Below, one piece after another: positions 9,847 to 17,559 of a DNA stretch of 50,749 nucleotides. How positions within the stretch are numbered: position 1 is the first letter of the stretch; each line of letters opens with the position of its first letter. A program made the translations under genes and the position numbers. Under the pieces are notes generated by a model that saw nothing but the letters and a program-made list of their open reading frames with translations, searched no databases and had not been told where the DNA came from. Source of the DNA: an uncultured Candidatus Saccharibacteria bacterium (GTDB taxonomy: Bacteria; Patescibacteriota; Minisyncoccia; Phycocordibacterales; UBA9973); assembly GCA_964484865.1 (NCBI GenBank), contig CAZAFG010000002.1, positions 1 through 50,749 of the forward strand. Reading direction: 5' to 3'.

Positions 9847-10314
9847 ATGATTAAAAGGCCAAAAAATGTCTCTACAAAATTAACAACATGGATTGGATCC
9901 ACCAGCTCTATTGTCATTCATACCTTATTTTTTATAGGTATGTTTTGTCTTCGTTTTATAAATATTCCTATCGGAGATATACTACTAATTTTAACGACCC
10001 TGGTGTCACTTGAGGCAATTTACTTAGCTATATTTATTCAAATGACCGTGAACCGCCACGGCGAAGACCTAGTAGAAGTTTCTGAAGATATCGAAGAAAT
10101 TCAGGAAGATGTGGAAGAAATTCAGGAAGATGTGGAAGGTATTGAAAAAGATGTGGATGCTATTCAAGAAGATGTCGGTGAACTCCAAGAAGATATTGAG
10201 GAAATTTCTGAAGAAGAAGAATTAGATGATCACAGCATCGAAATGAAAAAACTAGAAAAAATAGAACACACTCTCCAAGTACTACTAGACGAAATCGCAC
10301 ATTTGAAGAAATAA
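9847..10314 (+). CDS. two-TM protein (DUF1003 / low-affinity iron permease-like) with an acidic heptad-repeat tail
   Basis: 155 aa. Two TM helices end in LVSLEAIYLAIFIQMTVNRH, comparable to the S..A..QAP.IMMSQNR motif. Then come six EDxEEIQ heptads. Confidence 0.4.
   Translation: MIKRPKNVSTKLTTWIGSTSSIVIHTLFFIGMFCLRFINIPIGDILLILTTLVSLEAIYLAIFIQMTVNRHGEDLVEVSEDIEEIQEDVEEIQEDVEGIEKDVDAIQEDVGELQEDIEEISEEEELDDHSIEMKKLEKIEHTLQVLLDEIAHLKK
10084..10209 (+). repeat. in-frame tandem 21-bp (heptad) repeat, about 6 units
   Basis: GAAGATATCGAAGAAATTCAG / GAAGATGTGGAAGAAATTCAG / GAAGATGTGGAAGGTATTGAAAAA / GATGTGGATGCTATTCAA / GAAGATGTCGGTGAACTCCAA / GAAGATATTGAGGAAATTTCT, encoding EDIEEIQ EDVEEIQ EDVEGIEK DVDAIQ EDVGELQ EDIEEIS. 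Confidence 0.9.
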
Positions 10315-10317
10315 AAT

Positions 10318-11205
10318 TTATTTTACCTGCCAAACTGCAGTATTAGCTAGTGGTATTGCTCGATTTTGGGATTGCTCTAAAATACACATTTCACCAGCCG
10401 TAACTTCCCCACCTATGTCTTTCAGTGCGTCAGAGAGCGCGTGACCAAGAGAAAGTGACGAAGAATCTATCGCATAAGAAGTCAGGATTACAAAAAGAGG
10501 GTTTGGAGATAAAACTTTTTTAACACTAGTGAGCAATTTTGGTAAATCTTCTTCGATTTTCCAAGTTTCCCCTTTTGGCCCTCGACCAAACTTTGGTGGA
10601 TCCATTATCACTGCATCGTATTTTACCCCCCGCTTTGCTTCCCTCTCTAAGAATTTCAAAACATCCTCAGGAATTATGCGCATAGGCTTATCTTGTAGTC
10701 CTGATAATTTCTGATTCTCTTGTGCGAGTGATAAAGACTGTTTAGAAGCGTCCATATGCGTGACCTCTGCTCCGGCTTTCAATGCAAACAAACTCGCTAC
10801 TCCTGTGTACCCAAAAAGATTTAAAAATTTTATTGGACGATTGGCTTTAGTAATTTTTTCATATATATAATCCCAATGCACTTGTTGCTCGGGGAAGAAT
10901 GATAAATGTCTGAAAGGTGTAGGCTTCGCAGTCCACCTGATATCTTGATAACTCATGACCCAACTATCTTTCATTTCCTTATTCGCAAATCGCCATCCAG
11001 CCTTCTCGCCGGATTTAGAATTTAAAAACTTTCCGTCAGCATTCTCCCACTCTTTTTTATTTAAAGTCTTTTTCCATACTGCATTTTCATGCGGTCGCAC
11101 GAAAGTATACTCGCCAAACCGTTCAAGTTTTTCACCTTCGCCTGTATCTAGGAGTTCATAACCCTTCCAACCAAAACTTTCAAAAACTTTAATTTTATTT
11201 TTCAT
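10318..11205 (-). CDS. class I SAM-dependent methyltransferase (RlmI/RlmK-like rRNA methyltransferase fold)
   Basis: 295 aa. FLNLFGYTGVASLFALKAGA (SAM-binding GxG-type motif), DASKQSL, and VIMDPPKFGRGPKGE (DPP catalytic motif). Confidence 0.75.
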   Translation of the reverse strand: MKNKIKVFESFGWKGYELLDTGEGEKLERFGEYTFVRPHENAVWKKTLNKKEWENADGKFLNSKSGEKAGWRFANKEMKDSWVMSYQDIRWTAKPTPFRHLSFFPEQQVHWDYIYEKITKANRPIKFLNLFGYTGVASLFALKAGAEVTHMDASKQSLSLAQENQKLSGLQDKPMRIIPEDVLKFLEREAKRGVKYDAVIMDPPKFGRGPKGETWKIEEDLPKLLTSVKKVLSPNPLFVILTSYAIDSSSLSLGHALSDALKDIGGEVTAGEMCILEQSQNRAIPLANTAVWQVK

Positions 11206-11935
11206 TAATTTTTTCTATGTTAGCTACTAAAGCCTTGTGGTCACTAACTCCCTCCATAAATTCTACATTACTTACTGAGTACTGAGGTGTGCTAAAAAGC
11301 CCATCTACCATTCTCAGAAGTCCTGGTACTTTGTGTAACTTAGGATCAATACTTGAATCATATTCTAGAGGTATATTATCCTTATATTTTCCACTTAACA
11401 TTTCGAAAGTTCCAAATCCTCGTGGAGCATTCAAATCTCCAACTAAAACAAATTCCCTAACCTCATCTTCTAAAACATTAACAAGAATTTTTGCATCCTC
11501 CTTTTGAAAAGGAAGAGAAAGTCCACCTTGTGTCCAAGTAAAATGAGTATTAGAGATTCTGTAATATTGAGAATTATACTCAATATCCCCCCACATAATT
11601 AATATATTTATGGTATTTCTTTCTTTTAAGGGATCCTTCGAGTGTATAAATTTAGGTATATCTTTCTCATCACCGACAATATATTGATAATTAAAATTTG
11701 TCATTTGCTTAGTTAAAATAGCAATACCCAAAAGCTCATACTCTCCAGCAGAAGAAAGAAAGTAACACATAGGCTTAAAAAAACTTTTCATACCTAAAGC
11801 ATTCTCGTAGGTACTTAAATCTTTTTTAAAAACCTCTTGCAAACAAACTACATCTGGTTTTTCTTTTTCTAAAAAATTTAATACAGTGTTATGGTGTTTG
11901 TCTTGTTGAATATTTACGGAAATTAATTTAAGCAT
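11195..11935 (-). CDS. endonuclease/exonuclease/phosphatase (EEP) family protein
   Basis: The ORF track starts at a TTG (11953). I prefer the ATG at 11935 (MLKLISVNIQQDK...), 1 nt after the ychF stop. EEP-like motifs are present: LISVNI, PDVVCLQEV, VGDLNAP, SDHKAL. Confidence 0.7.
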   Translation of the reverse strand: MLKLISVNIQQDKHHNTVLNFLEKEKPDVVCLQEVFKKDLSTYENALGMKSFFKPMCYFLSSAGEYELLGIAILTKQMTNFNYQYIVGDEKDIPKFIHSKDPLKERNTINILIMWGDIEYNSQYYRISNTHFTWTQGGLSLPFQKEDAKILVNVLEDEVREFVLVGDLNAPRGFGTFEMLSGKYKDNIPLEYDSSIDPKLHKVPGLLRMVDGLFSTPQYSVSNVEFMEGVSDHKALVANIEKINEK

Positions 11936-11936
11936 A

Positions 11937-12926
11937 TTAAATTTTAAACTCAATTACATCCCCGTCTTTTACTATATATTCTTTACCTTCAGTGCGAACT
12001 TTACCTTTATTGCGTGCTTCTGCGTATGAACCAGCATCTAGGAGATCTTTCCAGAAAACAGTTTCGGCTCGGATAAATTTATCTTTAAAATCAGTATGAA
12101 TAGCTGTTCCCGCTATTGGCGCAGTAGAGCCTACCTTTATAGTCCAAGCTCTGGTTTCATCTTCACCAGTGGTGAAAAAAGTTTCCAAGCCGAGTAATTC
12201 ATAACTTTTCTTTATCAAATCATCAAAACCTTTTTCAAATACTGGATCAATTTTGACCCAGAGCCCCGGTGCATTTATTTCCACATTTTCGTTGGCTTCC
12301 GAAATATTCAAAGCATAAAGCATTGGCTTTAATGTCAGGAGATTTAACGATTTTATTTTAAACTTCTCTTCGTCTGTGAGGTTTGCATCGGTCGCCATTC
12401 TGCTCTCTTCGAGTACAGCCTCCACTTTTTTCAAAATATCGTGCTCGGCAACTGCTTCTTTTACTCCTCGCTTCGCATCACGATCTAAATTTGAAAGTCT
12501 CTTAGAGACAGTTTCAAAATCCGCCAACACAAGCTCTAGATTAATAACTCCAATATCTTGCATTGGGTCAACTTTATTTGCGACATGAATCACAGAATTA
12601 TCTTCAAATGTTCGCACCATGTGAAGTATCGCATCCACTTCTTTAATATTAGATAGAAATTTATTACCCAGGCCTTCGCCCTTGGAAGCTCCAGCTACAA
12701 GCCCGGCGATATCTACGAATTCTATAACTGCGGGAATAGTTTTAGCCGATTTTGAGAAATCAGAAAGTAATTGCACTCGTTCGTCAGGAACAGGGACAAT
12801 ACCTACTGATGGATCAATAGTACAAAATGGATAATTCTCTGCCGGTACAGACTTTTTAGTAAGCGCATTAAAAAGCGTGGACTTCCCCACATTCGGTAGA
12901 CCTACAATTCCTATAGATAAAGACAT
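11937..12926 (-). CDS. ychF: ribosome-binding ATPase YchF (short form)
   Basis: 329 aa. IGIVGLPNVGKSTLFNALT P-loop, YPFCTIDP, FVDIAGLV.GAS.GEGLGN.FL, and a C-terminal TGS-like EGKEYIVKDGDVIEF. Confidence 0.93.
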   Translation of the reverse strand: MSLSIGIVGLPNVGKSTLFNALTKKSVPAENYPFCTIDPSVGIVPVPDERVQLLSDFSKSAKTIPAVIEFVDIAGLVAGASKGEGLGNKFLSNIKEVDAILHMVRTFEDNSVIHVANKVDPMQDIGVINLELVLADFETVSKRLSNLDRDAKRGVKEAVAEHDILKKVEAVLEESRMATDANLTDEEKFKIKSLNLLTLKPMLYALNISEANENVEINAPGLWVKIDPVFEKGFDDLIKKSYELLGLETFFTTGEDETRAWTIKVGSTAPIAGTAIHTDFKDKFIRAETVFWKDLLDAGSYAEARNKGKVRTEGKEYIVKDGDVIEFKI

Positions 12927-12932
12927 GCTTAG

Positions 12933-12941
12933 AATATAGCA
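12933..12941 (-). promoter_or_regulatory. extended -10 promoter TGCTATATT, 6 nt upstream of the ychF ATG
   Basis: Minus strand reads TGC TATATT CTAAGC ATG. Confidence 0.5.
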
Positions 12942-12958
12942 AAATAAACTTACCTTTA

Positions 12959-15547
12959 CTAGTTTGGAGAATTTACTATGCCTCTTGTAATCGGTCCAAA
13001 GAAACCAACAGCTGGTTTAATTTTGCTGGCAATTTGAAACTTAATTAAGGCAGCTTTAGTTAAGGCTCCGAATTTTACAGTTTCATTTCCTGGTGATCCT
13101 GCACCTGTTGTAGCTACAGGAAAACCATGAGTATTTAAATATTTTTGTAATTCTTTGATATCAGGATGAGTCATACCTATCTGTAAATCACTTAAGAATT
13201 TTAATAAAGAAGGTGTGCTTGGTTCACCTGAAGCATTGGGGCTTGTAAGGTTACTGCTACCACACAGTTTTCCTGTTAGAGAGTTAAATAATGCCCCACT
13301 AGTGCACGGTGTGGGGACATTTGGATTTAATGACATAGGAGTATTGTTTACTAAATTGTTACGGATAGAATGTGCGGAACTTCCAGAAGTTGTGTGGTGA
13401 ACTGGCTCAAGTTCTCCCTCTTCTTCAATTAAAGAAAAGTTCGCAGTCACAGTTACATCATTCGCCACGCCTACATCAGTACGAGGATTTTGTATAGATA
13501 AATCAGACCAATTAGTAAATTCATAACCAGAATCTGGAACTGCGGTTATAGCTGTACCACTACCTCCTTCATTTATTATCTGTGAGGTATCTCCTGTAAT
13601 TGAACCATTCGCTCCTGCTGAATAAGTTAGTGTATACACATTTGGACAAGGAATTGTAACGGCGCCATTTACAGTACCACTATTAGTGGCCCCAGCATCA
13701 AAACATGCATCCCCAGTAACTGTTCCGTAGTTGATACTGGTATCATAAAAATTAGCATCGCCCGTAAGTGTACCCCCAAAATAAACAGAGTCATTAAAAA
13801 TAGCATCACCTATTAAACTAACTACTTCAAAACCAGCGCCCGTAGCACTTGTTGCGGTCAATCCAGTGAGGCTTGCATCTATTCTGTAGGGTGCAACAAA
13901 AGAATCCGCATTGATGTTTGGAGCGACACTACCTAAAGTTTTTACTCCATTAGTGCCATCAGGTAAACTTGCTGATTGTATTGTATGAGCTTCATCATCC
14001 CACCAATTACCAGCTAGAGTGTTCCACTCATTATCTACGCCGGAGTTATGCCAAAATATATCAGCTTCAACAAAGATACCACCATTTAAAGTTTGAAAAG
14101 TTGTAGTGCCGTCATATTGTGCTCCAATTATATTTACTTCTGCACCATCTGCCACCACAGTCCACGGACCTGTACTTATAAAATCACGAGTAGTCGTAGT
14201 ATTACTAGTATATTTACGAGTTTTAGTGCCACCTACTGTTCCGTTGCTTTCTGTTGAATCACCAACGAAAACAGCATCACCTGAAACCGTTCCGTTATTA
14301 AAACTTGAATCGTTAAAGATAGCATCACCTGTAACAGTACCTTGAATATAGCTTGTATCATTGAATATAGCATCACCTGTGATTATTCCTGCGGCATAAG
14401 CAGAATCGTTAAAGATAGCATCACCTGAGAAATTAAGGTCCACATAATTTCCAATAGAACTATGAAATGTGATTCCCGTAAGAGTAGCATCAAGACTATA
14501 TGGATACACCCAAGTATCTATATCGACATTGGGTCCAACACTACCTAAAGTAATTATAGCGTTGAAGTCAGGCAAGCTTGCTGATTGTATTGTATGAGCT
14601 TCATCATCCCACCAGTTTCCTGTTAGAGTTGACCATTCATTATCCACTCCAGAGTTATACCAATAAAGAGTAGGTGGACATAAACCATAATCAGTTATCG
14701 TCCAGTTAAAATTGTCTATAATACTTTGTCTTTCTGTAGCTGATGCACAATAATAACTAGAACCTGCATCAAAAGCCACATTTGATTGTAAAGCTTGGGC
14801 TGACCATCCAGCAAGAATTGCGTCATAATTAGCAACAGACAAAACCGCACCACCAGCAAACATTGAAGACATATCAGCCACACTTGATACATCCCAAGAA
14901 CTTATGTCTTGATTGAAGGGAGTAGCAAAAAACATAGTATTCATATTGGTTACATTTGATACATCCCAAGAACTTATGTCTTGGTTAAAAGCTACAGCGG
15001 AGTTAAACATACCACTCATGTTAGTTACATTTGATACATCCCAAAAACTTATGTCTGGATTAAAGTAGATAAAAAGAGATCTAAACATATTACTCATGTC
15101 TGTTACACCAGAAAGATCAGGAGAGTCTACCGCGTTTATTCTTAAATTTGTTGCTCCTAAAAATGCATTTGCCATTGAAGTCCATGCGATATTACCCCAT
15201 TGTTCTACTGAAAGTATCTTTCTTCTATCACCTCCGTTGTTAAAGTATATACGAGGAAAATCTCCTGTAATAGATACAGTATAAGTACCAGCAGAAGCAT
15301 AAGTATGGGTTATGCTTCCTGTAACACCAGTGCTGGTACTTGAATCCCCCCAATCAACATTATAGTTATACCCTCCACCTGTGGTAGGAATAGTTATTTG
15401 AGTATTTGTTGAGGTGCCAGCATTATTTGTTCTCCAAGTAGTAATAAACTCCCCAACAGCAAAAACATTTTGGCTTACTAAAAAAAATACAAACACAAAA
15501 ACTCCTAAAAAAATTAGATACTTCAAAGATAACTTTGCTTGCTTCAT
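12959..15547 (-). CDS. giant secreted surface protein: BspA-like/DUF285 repeats, beta-helix-like GDAIFND repeats, Listeria-Bacteroides (InlB B-type) repeat, C-terminal PG-binding domain
   Basis: Start moved from TTG 15550 to ATG 15547 (MKQAKLSLKYLIFLGVFVFVFFLVSQNVFA signal peptide). Repeated ISSWDVSNVTNM..MF units are the DUF285 hallmark. YTLTYSAGANGSITG...PDSGYEFTNWSD is an InlB B-type repeat. The C-terminal IKELQKYLNTHGFPVATTGAGSPGNETVKFGALTKAALIKFQ is PG_binding_1-like. Confidence 0.85.
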   Translation of the reverse strand: MKQAKLSLKYLIFLGVFVFVFFLVSQNVFAVGEFITTWRTNNAGTSTNTQITIPTTGGGYNYNVDWGDSSTSTGVTGSITHTYASAGTYTVSITGDFPRIYFNNGGDRRKILSVEQWGNIAWTSMANAFLGATNLRINAVDSPDLSGVTDMSNMFRSLFIYFNPDISFWDVSNVTNMSGMFNSAVAFNQDISSWDVSNVTNMNTMFFATPFNQDISSWDVSSVADMSSMFAGGAVLSVANYDAILAGWSAQALQSNVAFDAGSSYYCASATERQSIIDNFNWTITDYGLCPPTLYWYNSGVDNEWSTLTGNWWDDEAHTIQSASLPDFNAIITLGSVGPNVDIDTWVYPYSLDATLTGITFHSSIGNYVDLNFSGDAIFNDSAYAAGIITGDAIFNDTSYIQGTVTGDAIFNDSSFNNGTVSGDAVFVGDSTESNGTVGGTKTRKYTSNTTTTRDFISTGPWTVVADGAEVNIIGAQYDGTTTFQTLNGGIFVEADIFWHNSGVDNEWNTLAGNWWDDEAHTIQSASLPDGTNGVKTLGSVAPNINADSFVAPYRIDASLTGLTATSATGAGFEVVSLIGDAIFNDSVYFGGTLTGDANFYDTSINYGTVTGDACFDAGATNSGTVNGAVTIPCPNVYTLTYSAGANGSITGDTSQIINEGGSGTAITAVPDSGYEFTNWSDLSIQNPRTDVGVANDVTVTANFSLIEEEGELEPVHHTTSGSSAHSIRNNLVNNTPMSLNPNVPTPCTSGALFNSLTGKLCGSSNLTSPNASGEPSTPSLLKFLSDLQIGMTHPDIKELQKYLNTHGFPVATTGAGSPGNETVKFGALTKAALIKFQIASKIKPAVGFFGPITRGIVNSPN
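13968..14614 (-). repeat. internal 609-bp-spaced duplication within the surface protein gene
   Basis: A 38-bp perfect direct repeat, cttgctgattgtattgtatgagcttcatcatcccacca, occurs at 13968-14005 and 14577-14614. Flanking sequence is also similar. It encodes W(Y/H)NSGVDNEW.TL.GNWWDDEAHTIQSASLPD twice. Confidence 0.9.
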
Positions 15548-15555
15548 CAAGCCTA

Positions 15556-15564
15556 ATTATAGCA
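15556..15564 (-). promoter_or_regulatory. extended -10 promoter TGCTATAAT, 8 nt upstream of the ATG at 15547
   Basis: Minus strand reads TGC TATAAT TAGGCTTG ATG. Confidence 0.55.
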
Positions 15565-15571
15565 GACTTCT

Positions 15572-17542
15572 TTAGTTTCCATCATTCATCACTGCCCTAG
15601 TTATAGGACCCACAATACCATCGGATACTAAGTTCTTTAATTTTTGAAAAGTCATTACAGACCCTTTTGTTTTTGGTCCAAACATACCATCAGAAGTAAT
15701 TTGAAGTTTATTTTGAAGACATTTTACTTCCTCACCAGTGCTACCTTGTTTTAAAGTTTGAGTAAGCAAGCAAATTGGTGCTGAAGGAGTTGGCGTAGGG
15801 ACTGGAGGGCATTTTGCTCCCGTCTTTGGACTATATATATATGAAGCAGTACAACCGTCAGTATTTGTACTTGATACATCTGAACTAGTTACAACTTTAT
15901 TACTTGATCTTCGTGAACCAGAAGAAGAGCCCCCAGAAGATTCTTCCTCAATTGTAAACGCTGTCACTGCTAAAACATTGGAATCATTGTCTGCAGCATC
16001 AGTGACTGTAATTGTACAATCAGTATAAGTTCCCAATGCTAGTGTTTCAAGAGAAATTGTATTAGCACCAATGCTCGCTGTTGTGGTGAGACTAGTGCAA
16101 CTTCCTCCATAAGTAATATCTCCAGCTTCGTCAGTGGTGAAAGTATAGTCAGGAGTAGTGTCAGTAGTAGGAGTGGTTACAGGTATAGTCTCAGAAATTA
16201 CCGGACCTGTCGCATCAATAGTTGTAAAATTCCAAGTTGTTTCATCTAGAATTCCTGCAAAAGAATTTCCTGATGTATCATCAAAAGCTGTGGCATCGAT
16301 TTGGATATAATAGTCTGTTCCTTCAGCTAAGTTTGAAGTTGGATTTACTGTAATCGTTGTAGTACCTGTTCCTGTAATAAGTCCTCCTGTTACATCAATT
16401 GCTTCTACGACGGAATCATCTGAAGATTTATAAATTGAAATATTACCTGTTTCTACATCCACCGCTTCATCAAAAGTAATCACTAAGTTTGAAGCCACTA
16501 CGACATCTGTTGCTCCATCTGTGGGAGATAATGTATCTATTGTAGGATCTGTGGTGTCAGTTATCACAAGTTTATATAAAGACAAATATGGAGAAGTATA
16601 GTGTGTTGCAGCCATATAATTTCCACTCCAAGATACGCTAGTACCAAGCCCGGGTAATGCAGTAGGATTGGCAAGTTTATTTAAAGTTTCTCCTACTTTT
16701 TGATAAAGAGAGAGAGTGGTAGAGAAAGGTGCAGCTGGTAAATAATCTCCATTCCAGGCAACACTCGAACCATATCCACTAAGAGCAGTTGGGTCAGCTA
16801 ATTTTGTTAAAGCATCACCTTCTCTTTTGTAAAAAGAAACGAATGGAGTAGTTGCTTGTGATGTAGCTAAGTAATCTCCATTCCAAGAAACACTGGTCCC
16901 TGTCCCAGAAAGTGCCGTTGGATTTGTAAGTTTAGTTAAAGCATCACCTTCTCTTTTATAAAATGATAAAAAGGGAGTTGTATTGTGTGCTACTGCAAGA
17001 TAGTCTGTACTCCAGGCAACACCATTACCTTGAGCCGCAGTTGCTGTTGGATCAGCTAATTTAGTTAATGTGTCACCTTCTCTTTTATAAAATGATAAAA
17101 AGGGAGTTGTAGAGTGACCAACAGCCAAATAATCTCCATTCCAGTCAACAGCACGACCAGTGCCTGCTAGCGCTGTTGGATCAGCTAATTTAGTCAATGT
17201 GTCACCTTCTCGTTTATAAAATGATAAAAACGGAGTTGTAAAATGGGATACAGCCAAATAATCTCCATTCCAGGATACACCTAAAACTTGGCCTGCAGTT
17301 GCTGTTGGATTTGTAAGTTTAGTTAAAGCATCACCTTCTCTTTTATAAAATGATAAAAAAGGAGTTGTAGCGTGCCCCACAGCTAAATAATCTCCATTCC
17401 AATCAGATGCAAAGCCATTTCCAGCAAGTGCGGTGGGTGCTGCTTGAAATTGTAAATCTACTGTATCAGCAAAAGAAACTACTGGAAAGTTCATCCCCAT
17501 AAAGACTATAAAAATTAGTACAGAAAAAATTCTTTTTGACAT
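15572..17542 (-). CDS. secreted surface protein: seven 43-aa propeller-like repeats, Ig-like domains, C-terminal PG-binding domain
   Basis: Start moved from TTG 17545 to ATG 17542 (MSKRIFSVLIFIVFMGMNFPVVSFA signal peptide). Seven WNGDYLAV.H.TTPFLSFYKREGD.LTKL..PTA units. An Ig-like module reads NISIYKSSDDSVVEAIDV...YYIQIDATAFDDTSGNSFAGI.DETTWNFTT. The C-terminus LKQGSTGEEVKCLQNKLQITSDGMFGPKTKGSVMTFQ is PG_binding_1-like. Confidence 0.85.
   Translation of the reverse strand: MSKRIFSVLIFIVFMGMNFPVVSFADTVDLQFQAAPTALAGNGFASDWNGDYLAVGHATTPFLSFYKREGDALTKLTNPTATAGQVLGVSWNGDYLAVSHFTTPFLSFYKREGDTLTKLADPTALAGTGRAVDWNGDYLAVGHSTTPFLSFYKREGDTLTKLADPTATAAQGNGVAWSTDYLAVAHNTTPFLSFYKREGDALTKLTNPTALSGTGTSVSWNGDYLATSQATTPFVSFYKREGDALTKLADPTALSGYGSSVAWNGDYLPAAPFSTTLSLYQKVGETLNKLANPTALPGLGTSVSWSGNYMAATHYTSPYLSLYKLVITDTTDPTIDTLSPTDGATDVVVASNLVITFDEAVDVETGNISIYKSSDDSVVEAIDVTGGLITGTGTTTITVNPTSNLAEGTDYYIQIDATAFDDTSGNSFAGILDETTWNFTTIDATGPVISETIPVTTPTTDTTPDYTFTTDEAGDITYGGSCTSLTTTASIGANTISLETLALGTYTDCTITVTDAADNDSNVLAVTAFTIEEESSGGSSSGSRRSSNKVVTSSDVSSTNTDGCTASYIYSPKTGAKCPPVPTPTPSAPICLLTQTLKQGSTGEEVKCLQNKLQITSDGMFGPKTKGSVMTFQKLKNLVSDGIVGPITRAVMNDGN
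16565..17437 (-). repeat. seven tandem 129-bp (43-aa) coding repeats
   Basis: Trp positions fall at aa 49, 92, 135, 178, 221, 264 and 306, a period of 43. The DNA block tcaccttctcttttataaaatgataaaaagggagttgt recurs exactly 129 bp apart (for example 16944 and 17073), with near copies at about 17203 and 17333. Confidence 0.9.
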
Positions 17543-17548
17543 CAAATT

Positions 17549-17557
17549 ATTATATCA
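17549..17557 (-). promoter_or_regulatory. extended -10 promoter TGATATAAT, 6 nt upstream of the ATG at 17542
   Basis: Minus strand reads TGA TATAAT AATTTG ATG. Confidence 0.55.
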
Positions 17558-17559
17558 AA

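Noticed and set aside
16565-17437. CRISPR-like regular repeats (also the microsatellite at 26917-26970)
   Set aside because: The repeats are contiguous with no unique spacers, are in frame inside long ORFs, and encode conserved protein blades or Asp/Glu-Thr dipeptides. No cas genes are present.
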